NCBI GenBank assembly: GCA_000004985.1
Contig: GG738893.1
Reading direction: 5' to 3' (one strand)
DNA from: Naegleria gruberi
Taxonomy: Eukaryota
Length of the DNA stretch: 64,000 nt
Position 1 is the first letter of the stretch. The number at the start of each line of letters is the position of its first letter. Positions 19,410 through 31,622 of this stretch are shown here, in pieces. The notes beneath the pieces are model-generated. The model was given only the letters and a program-made list of their open reading frames with translations, was not told the origin of the DNA and searched no databases. A program made the position numbers and the translations under genes.

Positions 19410-20402
19410 TTAATACCTGAATATTCTTAAAACGTTGTTACAATAATCAGCAAAATAAAGCTCTCCATTATATGAATTCAATGTACATCCTCCTACGTAG
19501 CTCTCCTGTATCAGTTCACTATTCTTTGAATTATTGGAAATATCAGAAACAGATTCTAACCTCCCTTCCATATCCATAACTTTAATGCAATCGGTATTGA
19601 CAGTTATTATTTTGTAAGAAATCGTGTCAAATAGCGCATAGAAAAAATCATTGAAATGAATCTCCTTGACACTCTTCCATTCAGTTTCGTTAATTTTCTT
19701 CAATATTGAGAGATATTTCTCATCTTGATTGGTCAATAAAAGTGTAAATTCATTAATCACTTGAACATTCCACACACAAAATCCAAAATCCATTTGTTCT
19801 AAAACTTTTCCATCAGACAAGCTTAATATCGAAAATTTCAAGTAAGGATCACAAAAATAGATAGCATTTCCATAATGTTGTAATCCAGCTGGTCCATCAA
19901 ATAATTGACTCTTCCAAACATGTTTCAATTCATTGGGTTGTTGATGATTCAACATTTCGAATAGGGAATACTTGTAGACATGACCATCACAACATGAAAT
20001 AATTAGAGAATTACCACCCACTACACCTGTATCATTCTCTACCACATCTATATATACTGGAGTGGCAGGCATGATGATGGACTTCATCAGATTCCTACTC
20101 ATTAAACAGAAAAATTGAATTCTATCATTGCCATGATCACTCACAATAATACAACCAAGTGAGTGGCAAATCTTTACATCAAACGGATTTTTAAACCCCG
20201 AAATATTATCAACATTATCAATTTCATTAGAAAAGGCTTTCTTTCGTTTAGATTTGAATTTTTCCAACATGTGGGATGGAAAATTCACATTAAAATCTAT
20301 CAATTCGATATTTACTAAATTTTCATCAGTCAAAGATGAGGAATATTTTCTCTTCTTGGAGGAACTTTCAAGGGAATTTTCTTGGTGGTGTTTAATAGAC
20401 AT
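19410..20402 (-). CDS. NHL-repeat-like beta-propeller protein
   Basis: 330-aa ORF with a true ATG. It has recurrent NHL-like blades (VSDHGNDRIQFF, FADYCNNVLRIF). Confidence 0.5.
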   Translation of the reverse strand: MSIKHHQENSLESSSKKRKYSSSLTDENLVNIELIDFNVNFPSHMLEKFKSKRKKAFSNEIDNVDNISGFKNPFDVKICHSLGCIIVSDHGNDRIQFFCLMSRNLMKSIIMPATPVYIDVVENDTGVVGGNSLIISCCDGHVYKYSLFEMLNHQQPNELKHVWKSQLFDGPAGLQHYGNAIYFCDPYLKFSILSLSDGKVLEQMDFGFCVWNVQVINEFTLLLTNQDEKYLSILKKINETEWKSVKEIHFNDFFYALFDTISYKIITVNTDCIKVMDMEGRLESVSDISNNSKNSELIQESYVGGCTLNSYNGELYFADYCNNVLRIFRY

Positions 20403-20720
20403 TTTTTTTTTATTTTTTGGAATAATTTTTCAATTTTATAAGTGAAAGTTACTTATGCTTCACCCATTTTTTGAAACATTAGTTTGGATTGAATTGTGTC
20501 TTCTTTTGTTAATGTGATCTGATGGTCACTCCATGGATGAAGAGAAACATCCAAGTTGAAAGTAATTCATTGGAGGTTGTTCATTTGCCATTCTAAGATT
20601 CACTTTCAGGAAACTAATCCTCCAACTAATTTTTCTTTAAAGCCTGAATCAATAGAGCAGTAATTTCAAAAACAACAAAACAAAAATACTCAAAAAACAC
20701 TTCAAACTAATTACAACAAA

Positions 20721-21845
20721 ATGGAAGAACATCAATCTCTTGTAATTGACAATGGTTCTGGAATGTGTAAAGCTGGTTTCGCTGGCGAAGATGCTCCACG
20801 TGCTGTTTTTCCTTCATTGATTGGTAGACCAAAACAAAGGTCAATTATGGTTGGAATGGGAAATAAGGATGCCTATGTTGGAGATGAAGCCATGTCAAAG
20901 AAGGGAATCCTCGCTCTCAAATATCCAATTGAGCACGGAATTATCACTAACTGGGATGATATGGAAAAGATTTGGCATCATACTTTCTATAATGAATTGA
21001 GAGTTGGTCCTGAAGAGCATGGTGTCTTATTAACTGAAGCTCCATTGAATCCAAAGGCAAATCGTGAAAAGATGACACAAATCATGTTCGAAACCTTTAG
21101 AGTTCCAGCCATGTATGTGGCCATTCAAGCTGTCTTGTCCTTGTATGCTTCTGGTAGAACTACAGGTATTGTTTTGGATTCAGGTGATGGTGTTTCACAT
21201 ACTGTTCCTATCTATGAGGGTTATGCTTTACCACATGCCATTTTAAGATTGGATTTGGCTGGTCGTGATTTAACTGACTACTTGATGAAGATCTTGATGG
21301 AACGTGGATACAGTTTCAACACCAGTGCTGAACGTGAAATTGTCAGAGATATTAAGGAAAAGCTTTGTTATGTTGCCTTTGACTTTGAAACTGAAATTAA
21401 GAAAGCATCTTAAAGTTCATCCATTGATACTTCATATGAATTACCAGATGGTAATATTATCACAGTTGGAAATGAACGATTCAGATGTCCAGAAGTGTTA
21501 TTCCAACCTAATTTCATTGGAATGGAAGCTGCTGGTGTACACGAAACAACTTTCAATTCTATTGGAAAGTGTGATATTGACATTAGAAAGGATTTATATG
21601 CCAATGTTGTACTTTCAGGTGGTACAACCATGTTTGAAGGAATTGCTGAGAGAATGAACAAGGAATTGACAGCTATGGCTCCAGCCTCAATGAAGATTCG
21701 TGTTGTTGCTCCACCAGAAAGAAAGTATTCAGTTTGGATTGGTGGTAGTATTCTCTCTTCATTATCAACCTTTCAATCTATGTGGATCACAGCAGAGGAG
21801 TATGAAGATGCTGGATGTGCCATCGTTCATAGAAAGTGTTTCTAA
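20721..21845 (+). CDS. actin (conventional, about 88% identical to animal actin), with one in-frame TAA at 21411..21413
   Basis: [37 protein letters not shown] ... IVHRKCF is collinear with actin over 375 codons in a single frame. Codon 231 is TAA, where yeast actin has Gln (EMQTAAQSSS) and this gene reads EIKKAS*SSS. It ends with a normal TAA. Confidence 0.8.
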
Positions 21846-21967
21846 ACCAAGTTGACCCAAATCTATCATATATATTGTAAATAATCAAATTAAATTATCC
21901 TTATTATCCTTAACAATAGCCAGTCCAAATGAACATTTAACAATAAATTAGAGCATTAAGGTAAAAA

Positions 21968-22085
21968 GACTACAGCACCACAGGTTCCCAAGTTGTCTCC
22001 AACCTCAGTACTGATGTGGCTCGACGATGCTTAACTTCTCAAATCGGACGGGATGAGGTGCATTCATCGTGATATGGCCGTAGCC
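21968..22085 (-). rRNA. 5S ribosomal RNA, solitary copy
   Basis: The reverse complement GGCTACGGCCATATCACGATGAATGCACCTCATCCCGTCCGATTTGAGAAGTTAAGCATCGTCGAGCCACATCAGTACTGAGGTTGGAGACAACTTGGGAACCTGTGGTGCTGTAGTC matches eukaryotic 5S landmarks (GGCCATA, internal box A GTTAAGC, AGTACT, GGGAAC, GTGCTGTAG). It is followed on the minus strand by TTTTT (21961..21967), a pol III terminator. Confidence 0.8.
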
Positions 22086-23118
22086 ATTCAATTAACAAAA
22101 ATCTTAATCATAAATAATACAACCTACAAAAACAAGCTCTTAATCATAAAAAATAAGTTTTTGTTTATGGTTAACACTTTTCACTTTTCCATTTGGAAAC
22201 ACATTGACGATATTGTTCAGTAGTTGCCAATTCTTCAATTGATTTCTTATTGACACAATAAGTAATGATTAACTACATTCTTGTAAATGTTTCATCAATC
22301 CATTGTTTCATGAATGCTGGCATTGAGTACATTGGAAATTGGAAGAAATAAATAAAGATGAATCCTGACCATCTATTTGTTTCAAGTTTGTAATGGAAAC
22401 CAATTTCTCAAACCATTGAGAAAACAATCATATTCTAACCCACCTTCATCACAAATTATTACAATTGTTATGGTATTCAGTTGTTATTTCAGAAAACTTT
22501 CAATCATGCAGATTAATCTTTATAATGTTCCATATCAAGCATGTGGTATCTTGTTTTCTATTTATTGGGTTTAGCATTAGAGATGTCATTACATTTGAGA
22601 GTTATTTACAATAATTATTGATATGGACTGGTAATCTACCGAATTTGGATGAAAGAGACAAAGTACTGTTCATGCCCTTTCAGTTAATATCATTCACTGA
22701 ATGTAAGTTATGAATTAACATGCTGTTTCAAGGTATACAATGCAATCTAATTGTTATCAGAAAGTTGAAGAAACGAACCTAAAATCAGCCAAGTTGTTTT
22801 GTTTGTGAAAAGATATTGTGATATCAACGAAATAATCATTTTCACAGAAAGTGAATCTGATTTTTCAGGATCCCTTAGTCCAGCCAACTGTCAACTAATC
22901 AACATCTATTCGAATGTTAAAAATGTCAGATTTTTCAACATCAACTTTAGTGTCCAAGTCATATTGTTTGACCTACATCAACATTTTAAAACAAAACAAT
23001 CTTTCCATACATATGAAAGTGTCACCAATCATTGTCAATTTTCATTCACAAACTTGGAATAAGTTTTTTTTGAAACAAGCTGTCTTCCATCCTATCCACT
23101 TTCAACTAACAAGACTGT

Positions 23119-24498
23119 ATGCAAAAGAAGAGACACACCAAAACAAACACACAAAAAAAGTGTATCCACTCAATGACTGCGATCACGATGATGGAAAATA
23201 ATAATACATTATCTTCTTCTTACAAGACCAATAAGAACAACGAAAGCGATAACAAGAATACTAACAACAACAATAATAACATTAATAATATAACAATACA
23301 TACGAGTCCATCGCTGCCATTAATGGAAGAATCTAAAGAACAAATATCTTCAACAACAACAACAATAACGGAGGAAAATATGAGTCAGATTGTACAACTG
23401 GGAGGAGATTTGACCATTATCGATAATAACAACAATAGAAATTCATCATCATCCTCATCAACTTCATCACCACTCAAATTATTTCTCAGCAAACTCTTTT
23501 CAAAGAGACGAAAATCACAAGCTGATAATGGTGCTAAGAATAATAACAACAACACCACTACTAATGGTTCTTCACCAAATAACTCTCAAAACTCTAAAAA
23601 TCAAGCCTTTAAAAACCTTCTCACGCCCCACAGTGATTCCTCCTCATCACTGAATAATCCTAACAATAACATTTCGAATATCACAAGTCACTCCACCAAC
23701 AATATTATCAACTCGAGTACGAGTGGAAGAAAATCGAAAAGACTTTCGGCGACCTTCTTTAAGAGAAGACACACCACTCAACTCTCGCAATCACCAATTC
23801 ATAGCTCAACACAGGAAATTGAGAATTTCAGAGAGGAAGCTATTAAGAGACAAATTCAACAATCCAATCATGATGAGTTTATGTTTAACACTTCAATTGT
23901 ACCTCCTACGACAACTAGTCCATCTTCTTCAGTGACAACAATTAATAGTGCAATCTCAATCTCACTCACTCCAAACAATAATAATAGTGGAAATACTCCA
24001 CATCCTAACAGAACTAGAAGGAGTAGCTCATCAAAATCCATACCTGACAATGCAGATACATTCTTTGATGAAAACTCTGCTTTTGATATGGACGATTTAA
24101 TGTGGATTACCATGGAACCAACCACAACAAGGACAAGTTTCCGACCAAAGACAGTCTCATCAAATTCTCTGATTAGTGTCACATCGAATAATGGTAATTC
24201 ATCAACGGGTAGAAGAGACAGTGCTGCTCACAGTAGTGTTAATGATGAAGAGATTGTTGATGATTTGGAGGTAATCATTCCATGCATAACAATAGATGAT
24301 GGTTCAGTGATGAGAACCCTCTCTCCTACAACTTCATCCACCACCACCACTAACAATAATTCGAGTATCATACAACCACCACCATCATCCACAAGACATG
24401 TTAATAGCTGGGATCTAGATGATGATATTGAAGCTGCCCACAATTCCTTTTCCTTCTCTCCAGGAAGTATGAATGCCTCCAACATTATCAATTTGTAA
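23119..24498 (+). CDS. low-complexity Asn/Ser/Thr-rich protein (hypothetical)
   Basis: 459-aa ORF with poly-N, poly-S and poly-T tracts. The start is uncertain (alternative M at MTAITMMENNN). Confidence 0.45.
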   Translation: MQKKRHTKTNTQKKCIHSMTAITMMENNNTLSSSYKTNKNNESDNKNTNNNNNNINNITIHTSPSLPLMEESKEQISSTTTTITEENMSQIVQLGGDLTIIDNNNNRNSSSSSSTSSPLKLFLSKLFSKRRKSQADNGAKNNNNNTTTNGSSPNNSQNSKNQAFKNLLTPHSDSSSSLNNPNNNISNITSHSTNNIINSSTSGRKSKRLSATFFKRRHTTQLSQSPIHSSTQEIENFREEAIKRQIQQSNHDEFMFNTSIVPPTTTSPSSSVTTINSAISISLTPNNNNSGNTPHPNRTRRSSSSKSIPDNADTFFDENSAFDMDDLMWITMEPTTTRTSFRPKTVSSNSLISVTSNNGNSSTGRRDSAAHSSVNDEEIVDDLEVIIPCITIDDGSVMRTLSPTTSSTTTTNNNSSIIQPPPSSTRHVNSWDLDDDIEAAHNSFSFSPGSMNASNIINL

Positions 24499-24745
24499 AT
24501 TCACATACTACCATTTCTCGAGAGTCCCAATCTAGCAATAGTAATAAATTAATAATACGATTTGGAAATTTACTTTAATTTTTAATTAAATATTTTTTAT
24601 TTTCAAATTTTAGCGCAAAAATCGTAACGGACAGCAAGTTTCATCAGCTGGAAAATATCATCTCAACCCACACTTAACGTTACTTCTCAACACTCTCTTC
24701 CGCTTTCTCTGACAATAATAATCAAAGGAAAACATAAGAGAAAAA

Positions 24746-27147
24746 ATGACCAGCAAACAAAAACATTACGGATTGGATGATGGCATTGTTCCTGAAGCTT
24801 TTGAACTTCCATCGAAACAAGAGGTTATTGTGATGGAAAAGAATGGTAATATTCATGAAGTATTGCCTCCAAATATGCTCGATGGTGATGAAGTTAAAAG
24901 TGTAACGAGTACAACTTCGGATCAGGTTAACAAGGAAGAGGAAGAAGAATTTGAATATAAACCAGTAACAAATCTTGTAGAATATTTCAGTGATGAAAAC
25001 AATCGTAAACAAATTGATGTTGTTCTTCACTGTTTATCAAAATTGGAAGAAGAGTCATCGGATAAAACAAAGGCTATGGAACACAACGGAAGATTTCAGT
25101 TTTTGTGTAATATTCTCTATGATTTGGATAAATATGAGCTTGAATTCTACATGTTACAATTACTGTAGGTTTATAATATTAATTATTTTGGTGATGATTT
25201 AAATTTCTTATTAGAAATACTTACATGATGAAAGCAGGAGATGGTGATTCACATTTGGAACGTTATATTCTTGAAATTTGCGCCAAGTCAATGCACTTTG
25301 GTGTTAAATTGAGTTGGTTATTGGATGCTGAATTATATACATTGGAAAATCATTTGGCACAAACACCAAATAATATCAAATTAAAGAAGAGAGCACAAAG
25401 AGGAATGATTTTTAGAAATTTAATTGAAAAAGTTACGATTAATCAAGTTGTTCCTATTAATTATATGAATGACAGTTTCCTGAATACATCAATTCTTCAA
25501 GTAGATGCTGAATTCACAGAAGACCAAACTGAAGAAGAGAAGAATAAGCTCTCTACATATGTTTTGCAAAATGTTTTTGCCAAACAAAGAAGATCCAATT
25601 ATTTTAATGATGAACATTATTTCGTTCATTCCCTTACTGATTTATCCTATAGATTGAAGGCATATCCTCCAGGTGATATCAGAAAGCATCGTATGAAGGC
25701 AGAACTTGAACGTTTAAATCAATCAATTCCTTATGGTGTATATTATCCTTTGTGTGAATCACGTGATCCTCACTGTAGAATTTTGAGAATTTGTACAGAT
25801 GCTTGTCGTGTTTTTAGTACAAAGGAAAGAGTTCCAATTCTTTGTGTTTTTGAAGTCCTTACAGGTGATGCACCATGTACTCAACCTGAAGATGTTATTC
25901 AATTTGATGAAACCACTGAAGAATTCAATATTTATGATGGAATTATTGTGAAAAAGAATGGAGATTGTACAGATTCACCAGCAACAGAAGAAAGCAGAAT
26001 GATTGAAAGACGTATCAGCTCAACTTATCAATTTGATGTTACCATGGATGATGAAAAACACAAAAATGATATATTGGACGAAATAGATGCCACTTCAACA
26101 ATTTCAGACTCTTCAGACTCTGGTCCTAGAAAATCTGATGCTAGCTCTATCCCTCAAACACCATCTACCTTCAAGTCAGAGCTCCCAATTTTACACATTC
26201 CAAATATCAATCAAGATGATTTTGTTCTTATTGAAAAGAAGGATCCAACCAGAGATGAAGAAGTTTTACATGATTTGGAATCTGTATTTGGTGAAAGCTT
26301 TGAAAAGATTAAGGCCAAGTATAGAGCTGTTTCACCTTATGGGTGTGCTCCTGGTTGGGACTTGAGATCTGTAATTGTAAAAGCTAATGACGATATTAGA
26401 CAAGAAATATTTGCCATGCAATTAATCAAATTATTTGCCAGGATTTTTGAAGAAGAAAAATTGCCAATCTATATTAGGCCATATGAAATTATTGTGACAA
26501 GTGGAAATTGTGGTATGCTTGAAACAGTTCGTGATACTTGCTCAATTGATGGTTTGAAGAAGAAATTCCCTAACTTTACAAATCTCAAAGACTATTTTAT
26601 TCGCGTTTATGGATCTCCAACATCTAATACTTTTATCAGAGCACAAACAAACTTTGTGGAAAGTGTTGTAGGATATTCACTTATTTCATATATTCTCCAA
26701 ATCAAGGACAGACACAATGGCAATATTCTTTTAGATAGAGAAGGACATATGGTACACATCGATTTTGGATTTTTCCTTGGTATTTCTCCTGGTGGTGTTA
26801 AATTTGAAAATTCACCATTCAAACTTCCACAAGATTGGGTTGATTTGATGGGAGAATTATTTGATTTGCACTTTAGACCAGTATTTTATGTTGCTTTTGC
26901 TGCCTTGAGAAAACCTCGTAACATGAATAGATTATTGAACTTGGTGGAAATGATGATTGGCGCAAATTATAAATGCTTTGATGGTAATCATGCAAATATC
27001 ATGAGAGATTTGAGAAATAGATTCTATCCAAATCAATCTGAAGAAGAATTTGCCAAGACAGCCAGAAAACTTGTAGATGATTCCATAGATAACTGGTTTA
27101 CTAAGAGATATGATCAATATCAATACCTTACCAATGGTATTTTGTAA
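24746..27147 (+). CDS. phosphatidylinositol 4-kinase beta (PI4KIIIbeta/Pik1-like); two exons: join(24746..25164, 25215..27147)
   Basis: Exon 1 ends ...ELEFYMLQLL, matching PI4KB DFYLPQLL. A 50-nt GTAGGT..TAG intron removes an in-frame TAG. The catalytic domain has GWDLRSVIVKANDDIRQE, IKDRHNGNILLD and HIDFGFFLG. Confidence 0.85.
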
Positions 27148-27503
27148 ATTTAATAATTTGATTTGTAAAGTTTATGTTTAATTTAATTTCGCTTAGTTTC
27201 ATGATTCGAACAATACTTTATCTTGTTAATTAATTTACTTTATTTTGTTATTAAGCCTCATTCGTTTGTGGATTTAGTACATAGTTATTAGTAAGGTGCA
27301 TGTGAAATATTATTTTAGAACTGATAATGTCTCACACTTTTGATGGATAATATTGAGGAATTTTTTGCTCCATTCATGTGAAATAGGACATCATACATAA
27401 TCAAGCTTTAATAAATATCTTACATTGTTTCCTTGAGTTCTAAGAGGATCGCTATCCCTAATACGTAAGTTCCACAGCTAAATAAGAAAGAGAAATTGAT
27501 GTT

Positions 27504-28694
27504 TTAAAGTAAATATCCAGACCACATGTCATCCAAAATCTTAGTAACCTGCCATCCTGTTACTCCACCAAATAAGATGAATTGATTTGGAGCTGAGAGA
27601 GATCTTTGAATGACCATTGAACCCAATCTTCCTGTTGGGACAACATTTAAACTCTTGACAACATGCCATTGTTCCAAAATCATGTCAAAGTACCAAACAT
27701 CATTCATACCTTGAGAAGAAAGAGCTTCACCACCAAAGATAAAGAATGCAGATGAGCTTGTGCTTGTTTGAAATATAGATTGACCACTTCTTGCTGGTGG
27801 CCAAACTTGTTGCTTATTGATTTGTGTCCATTCTTTGGTTATCAAACTAAACTTCCACATGTCATCAGTGTTGACGGATCCATTGCCACTCTTAACATAC
27901 CCACCAAATACATAAATTGAGGAATGGCTCATTGCACTATAAAGAATTGGAGCATACATTCTAGGTGAAATAACTGGACTGTTGCCAACTGGTTTGATTT
28001 CAGTAAATTGATAATTAATCAACGAGAATACATAAACTTGATTATAAAAGTTATCATTCACATCCGAACCTCCAAACATGAGAATATAAGAATTATCGAC
28101 ACAAGTTGTAAAATGGCCAAACTTGGAAGCAATTTTAACTTGTTCCTCATTCGAATCATTGTTCACAACAATCCACTCTCTCAAGCTCAGATCAAACTTC
28201 CAAATCTGTCCATTCACAGAAGTCTTTCCACTCTTTCCTCCAATCACGTAAAAGTGCTTTCCACACATCACTGCAGAGGCATCTTTCAAAGCAGGTGGCC
28301 ACGCCTTCCCTTCTTTTCTTTCAATTTGTGTCCAAGTAGACTCTTGATGATCAAACATCCACAAATCACTCAATGTAACAAACTTATTTCCAGTCCCTCC
28401 GTACAACATGGTCAGAGATCGATCAGGAGTAGAAGCAAAAGCAAAGTCAAATCGTGCTGAAGGTCCCGAAGCAAGGCTGGTCGAATTAAATTCAAGTTTC
28501 CATCCCATATAGTCCTGTTGTTGTTGTTGAGAGGAGGAAGTGTAGGAGGTTAGTACAGGCTCGACCATTATAGTTTTAATAATAATTATAATGAAAATAA
28601 TGATGATGAATAAATAACGATGCTGATGATGGTGTTTGAAAGATGACGATGATGATGATGGTAAGAATGAAAGGCTCAGTGCCGATATAGCCAT
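27504..28694 (-). CDS. kelch-repeat beta-propeller protein with an N-terminal signal/anchor segment
   Basis: MAISALSLSFLPSSSSSS ... IIIIFIIIIIKTIM (hydrophobic). Repeated kelch-like blades (YVIGGKSGKTSVNGQIWKFDLSLREW; LMFGGSD...; YVFGGYVKSG...; FIFGGEA...) each carry a GG doublet and a W. Confidence 0.55.
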   Translation of the reverse strand: MAISALSLSFLPSSSSSSFKHHHQHRYLFIIIIFIIIIIKTIMVEPVLTSYTSSSQQQQQDYMGWKLEFNSTSLASGPSARFDFAFASTPDRSLTMLYGGTGNKFVTLSDLWMFDHQESTWTQIERKEGKAWPPALKDASAVMCGKHFYVIGGKSGKTSVNGQIWKFDLSLREWIVVNNDSNEEQVKIASKFGHFTTCVDNSYILMFGGSDVNDNFYNQVYVFSLINYQFTEIKPVGNSPVISPRMYAPILYSAMSHSSIYVFGGYVKSGNGSVNTDDMWKFSLITKEWTQINKQQVWPPARSGQSIFQTSTSSSAFFIFGGEALSSQGMNDVWYFDMILEQWHVVKSLNVVPTGRLGSMVIQRSLSAPNQFILFGGVTGWQVTKILDDMWSGYLL

Positions 28695-29097
28695 TTTTTT
28701 AATTAAGATTTTTATTATTTGCAAATTTGGGAAATTGATTTATTTGGGCTTTACTAAACCAACACCATCAAAATTGTGTTGAATATTAATTGAGTGTTAA
28801 TGTTTGTTAAATATTAATTTATTAACATTAATGCAATACTTTTTTGAATATTTTCCTCATTTAAAATTGAACTGTTTTGTACTCAATTCTTCAACTAAGC
28901 CATTCAAGTACAGATCTTATCCAATGATTTGTGTTCTTCAATTTAATGTTTTTGTAAAGTCAAGGATTGAAACACTCCTTCAAAATGTGCGCCTTTTTTT
29001 CGGAGGTATAGGACACATTCAAGAACTCAAGTTAAACAAGTTAGTTTGAAAACACTTTCAAGAATAAGAAAAAACAAGATTATCAATCAGCAACAAC

Positions 29098-29988
29098 ATG
29101 GACCAGAAGGAAATTGCTCTTCTCGGAGGAACACAAGGAATTGGTAGACAATGCCTTTTGTTGATGCTAATTAAAGGATTGAAAGTGAGAGTATTGGCCA
29201 GAAATCCATCAATGTTGTCTTCACTCAATGAAAAGTACTCACACCTTCTAACAATTGTTAAGGGAGATGCCACCAGAGAGGAAGATGTTGCAAAATTGAT
29301 TGCACCTTCAGTGGATCATGTATTGTGTGCTCTCGGGGCTCGTCTCAATGAACCTACCACTATTATTGAATCGGGAGTAAATAATGCACTGAAAGCAATG
29401 AAGAAATTGGATAAGGAGATGAGATTTGTGATGGTTACATCGAATGGAGTATTAGAAGCAGGAGTGAATTGGTTCTATGACAATATCATGAAGAAGCACT
29501 TGTTGAATCATTTCTATGATGATATGACAAGAGCTGAGAAGGCCCTTAAACAATTGACTGAAAATTCAAAGATTTCCTATGCAATTGTTAGACCACCTCA
29601 ATTGATTGATGCCCCAGCCACATTAGAACTCATACATGGTGAAGGAGAATACTATCCACATGGAACACATCTCGTCACCAGAGAGGATGTTGGTGCATTC
29701 ATGATTGAATGCTTATTTAACGAAAACCTCACCAAAGGAAATAGAGAATTCAATTTGAATACAACAAAAGTATTGGAAACCAAGATTGATAACATGCAAA
29801 CATTGAAGAGTATTATGCCATATCCAAAGTATTTAATGATTCGATTGTTCATATTCTCAGTGATGACTGGAATTGGTTCATTGAGTGCTTTTGCATTGTA
29901 CAAAATCAAATCATTGCTATTCCCTTCTATTGATATATCGAAAATAATTTCCTCTTGGTTAATTAAATCATTGGAATCAAATAAATAA
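29098..29988 (+). CDS. NAD(P)-binding Rossmann-fold protein (NmrA/BLVRB-like atypical SDR) with a C-terminal hydrophobic segment
   Basis: N-terminal LLGGTQGIGRQ dinucleotide-binding motif. The overall pattern resembles NAD(P)H-binding atypical short-chain dehydrogenase/reductases. C-terminal helix FIFSVMTGIGSLSAFALY. Confidence 0.55.
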   Translation: MDQKEIALLGGTQGIGRQCLLLMLIKGLKVRVLARNPSMLSSLNEKYSHLLTIVKGDATREEDVAKLIAPSVDHVLCALGARLNEPTTIIESGVNNALKAMKKLDKEMRFVMVTSNGVLEAGVNWFYDNIMKKHLLNHFYDDMTRAEKALKQLTENSKISYAIVRPPQLIDAPATLELIHGEGEYYPHGTHLVTREDVGAFMIECLFNENLTKGNREFNLNTTKVLETKIDNMQTLKSIMPYPKYLMIRLFIFSVMTGIGSLSAFALYKIKSLLFPSIDISKIISSWLIKSLESNK

Positions 29989-30255
29989 TTTAATGTTGAT
30001 AATAATTTGTTTTCTTATTCTTTAAGTATTTATTATTGATATGATGAACATTGGTTTCCACTGAACTCTTGACTCGAATGTTTTGTAATTTTCAAAATCT
30101 AATAATAGCCCCAATTTTGCTCAAGTTCCATCAACACAGAAAAAAAATACACCTTGTTGTTGTAGCGTGCGATTTTTGATCAAAGACAAATTCATCATAT
30201 CGTCATCACAGAGTGTGTTGTGTAATTTATATTAAAAAAATTTAAAATCATCATC

Positions 30256-31556
30256 ATGAGTACCTTTGATTTGGATCAATATATTGCATCATACAGTGGT
30301 CTTACCAAGGTCAAGAGACTTGTATTTATTAGTGAAAATTCTAAAGATCTTCGCGGTAAAGCTCTTTCTAAACTTTTTGAATTATTAAAGAGTGGAAAGA
30401 ACACAGCTCTCTACAAGGAACTTGTTGAAAAGTACGGAAAGGAGTAAGTATTGATCATTAGTATAGTTTTTATTGATGATCCTATTTTATTAGTGCTGGA
30501 CAAACATTAGACAGCGAATGGATTACCCAAGTTGATCGATCAGCCACAAAACAACAAGAAAAGCTTGAAGTTGAACTTAATGCCCATAAAACAAACTTGA
30601 TCAAGGAATCTATTCGTACTGGACATAATGAATTGGGAGATTTCCATTTGGAAAGAGGAAACTTGCAAGAATCATTGAAGAGTTATCTTAGAACAAGAGA
30701 CTATTGTACATCATCTAAACATGTTAACGAAATGTGTTTGAATGTTATTCGTGTCAGTGTTGAAATGGGTAACTATGCTCTTGTCAACCAATATGTTACA
30801 AAGGCTGAAAATACTCCTGATGTTTCTGAAGGAACTGACATTATTACCACATCAAAGATTTTGGCATCTTCTGCTTTGGCTAATCTTGAAGGAAAGAAGT
30901 ATAAGATTGTTGCTAGAAAATTATTAGATTGTGAAATTGTTTTAGAAAATTCTTTCAATGATGTAATTACTTGTAGTGATATTGCTCTTTATGCTGGTTT
31001 GACAGCTCTTGCCACCTTTGATAGACGTGAATTGAAGGAAAAGGTTTTGTCTAATAATAAGTTTAGAGCTTTCCTTGAATTGGAACCTGATGTTTCAAAT
31101 ATTATTAATTGTTTCTATGAATCCAAGTATACTGCTTGTTTGGAATCACTTGATAGATTACTACCAAGATTATTGTTAGATATTTATTTGAAGGAACATG
31201 TTACTACTTTGTATGAAAAGATCAGAAGCAAGGCTTTGGTACAATATGTCAGTACTTTCACTTCTGTTGACATGAATAAGATGGCTGTTGTTTTTAACAC
31301 TACTGTAGAAAACTTGGAAAAGGAAATTGCTGCTTTAATTATGGAAAAGCAAATCAAGGCCCGTATTGACTCACACAAGAAGATCCTTTATGCTCGTGTT
31401 ACTGATATTCGTAATGCCACCTATCAAAAGGCTTTGGAAATGGGTGATTCATTTATCAGAGAATCTGAAGCTTGTATTTTGAGAATGAACATTAACAAAC
31501 AAAAGGACTTTGCTGTTAAACCAAATAGAAAACTTGCCAAGCAAATGATGTTCTAA
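30256..31556 (+). CDS. COP9 signalosome subunit 1 (CSN1/GPS1); two exons: join(30256..30443, 30494..31556)
   Basis: FDLDQYIASYSGLTKVKRLVFIS matches human [44 protein letters not shown] matches [21 protein letters not shown]. The PCI region is conserved (RDYCTSSKHVNEMCLNVIRVSVEMGN ... FYESKYTACLESLD). A 50-nt GTAAGT..TAG intron sits in phase 2. Confidence 0.85.
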
Positions 31557-31622
31557 ATAAATAAAAAACTACTGTATAATTAATTGTATTTACAAATTGT
31601 AAAGTTTGATTAATTTTAAAAA

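Noticed and set aside
20721-21845. Ciliate or hexamitid-type nuclear genetic code (TAA/TAG = Gln), suggested by the in-frame TAA in actin and the in-frame TAG before the GTPase exon
   Set aside because: G-beta (KIFA*), EFL1, PI4K-beta, CSN1, EFHC1 and WDR11 all terminate with TAA/TAG at positions matching their homologs' C-termini. ORFs of 750-1377 codons contain no internal TAA/TAG at all. In a genome with reassigned stops these codons would be frequent. The two internal stops are treated as local anomalies.
28797-28831. Inverted repeat ttaatgtt…aacattaa in the divergent kelch/NAD-binding promoter
   Set aside because: Only the 8-bp arms are complementary and the 19-bp centre is not palindromic. 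In ~25% GC DNA such AT-rich pseudo-palindromes occur by chance.
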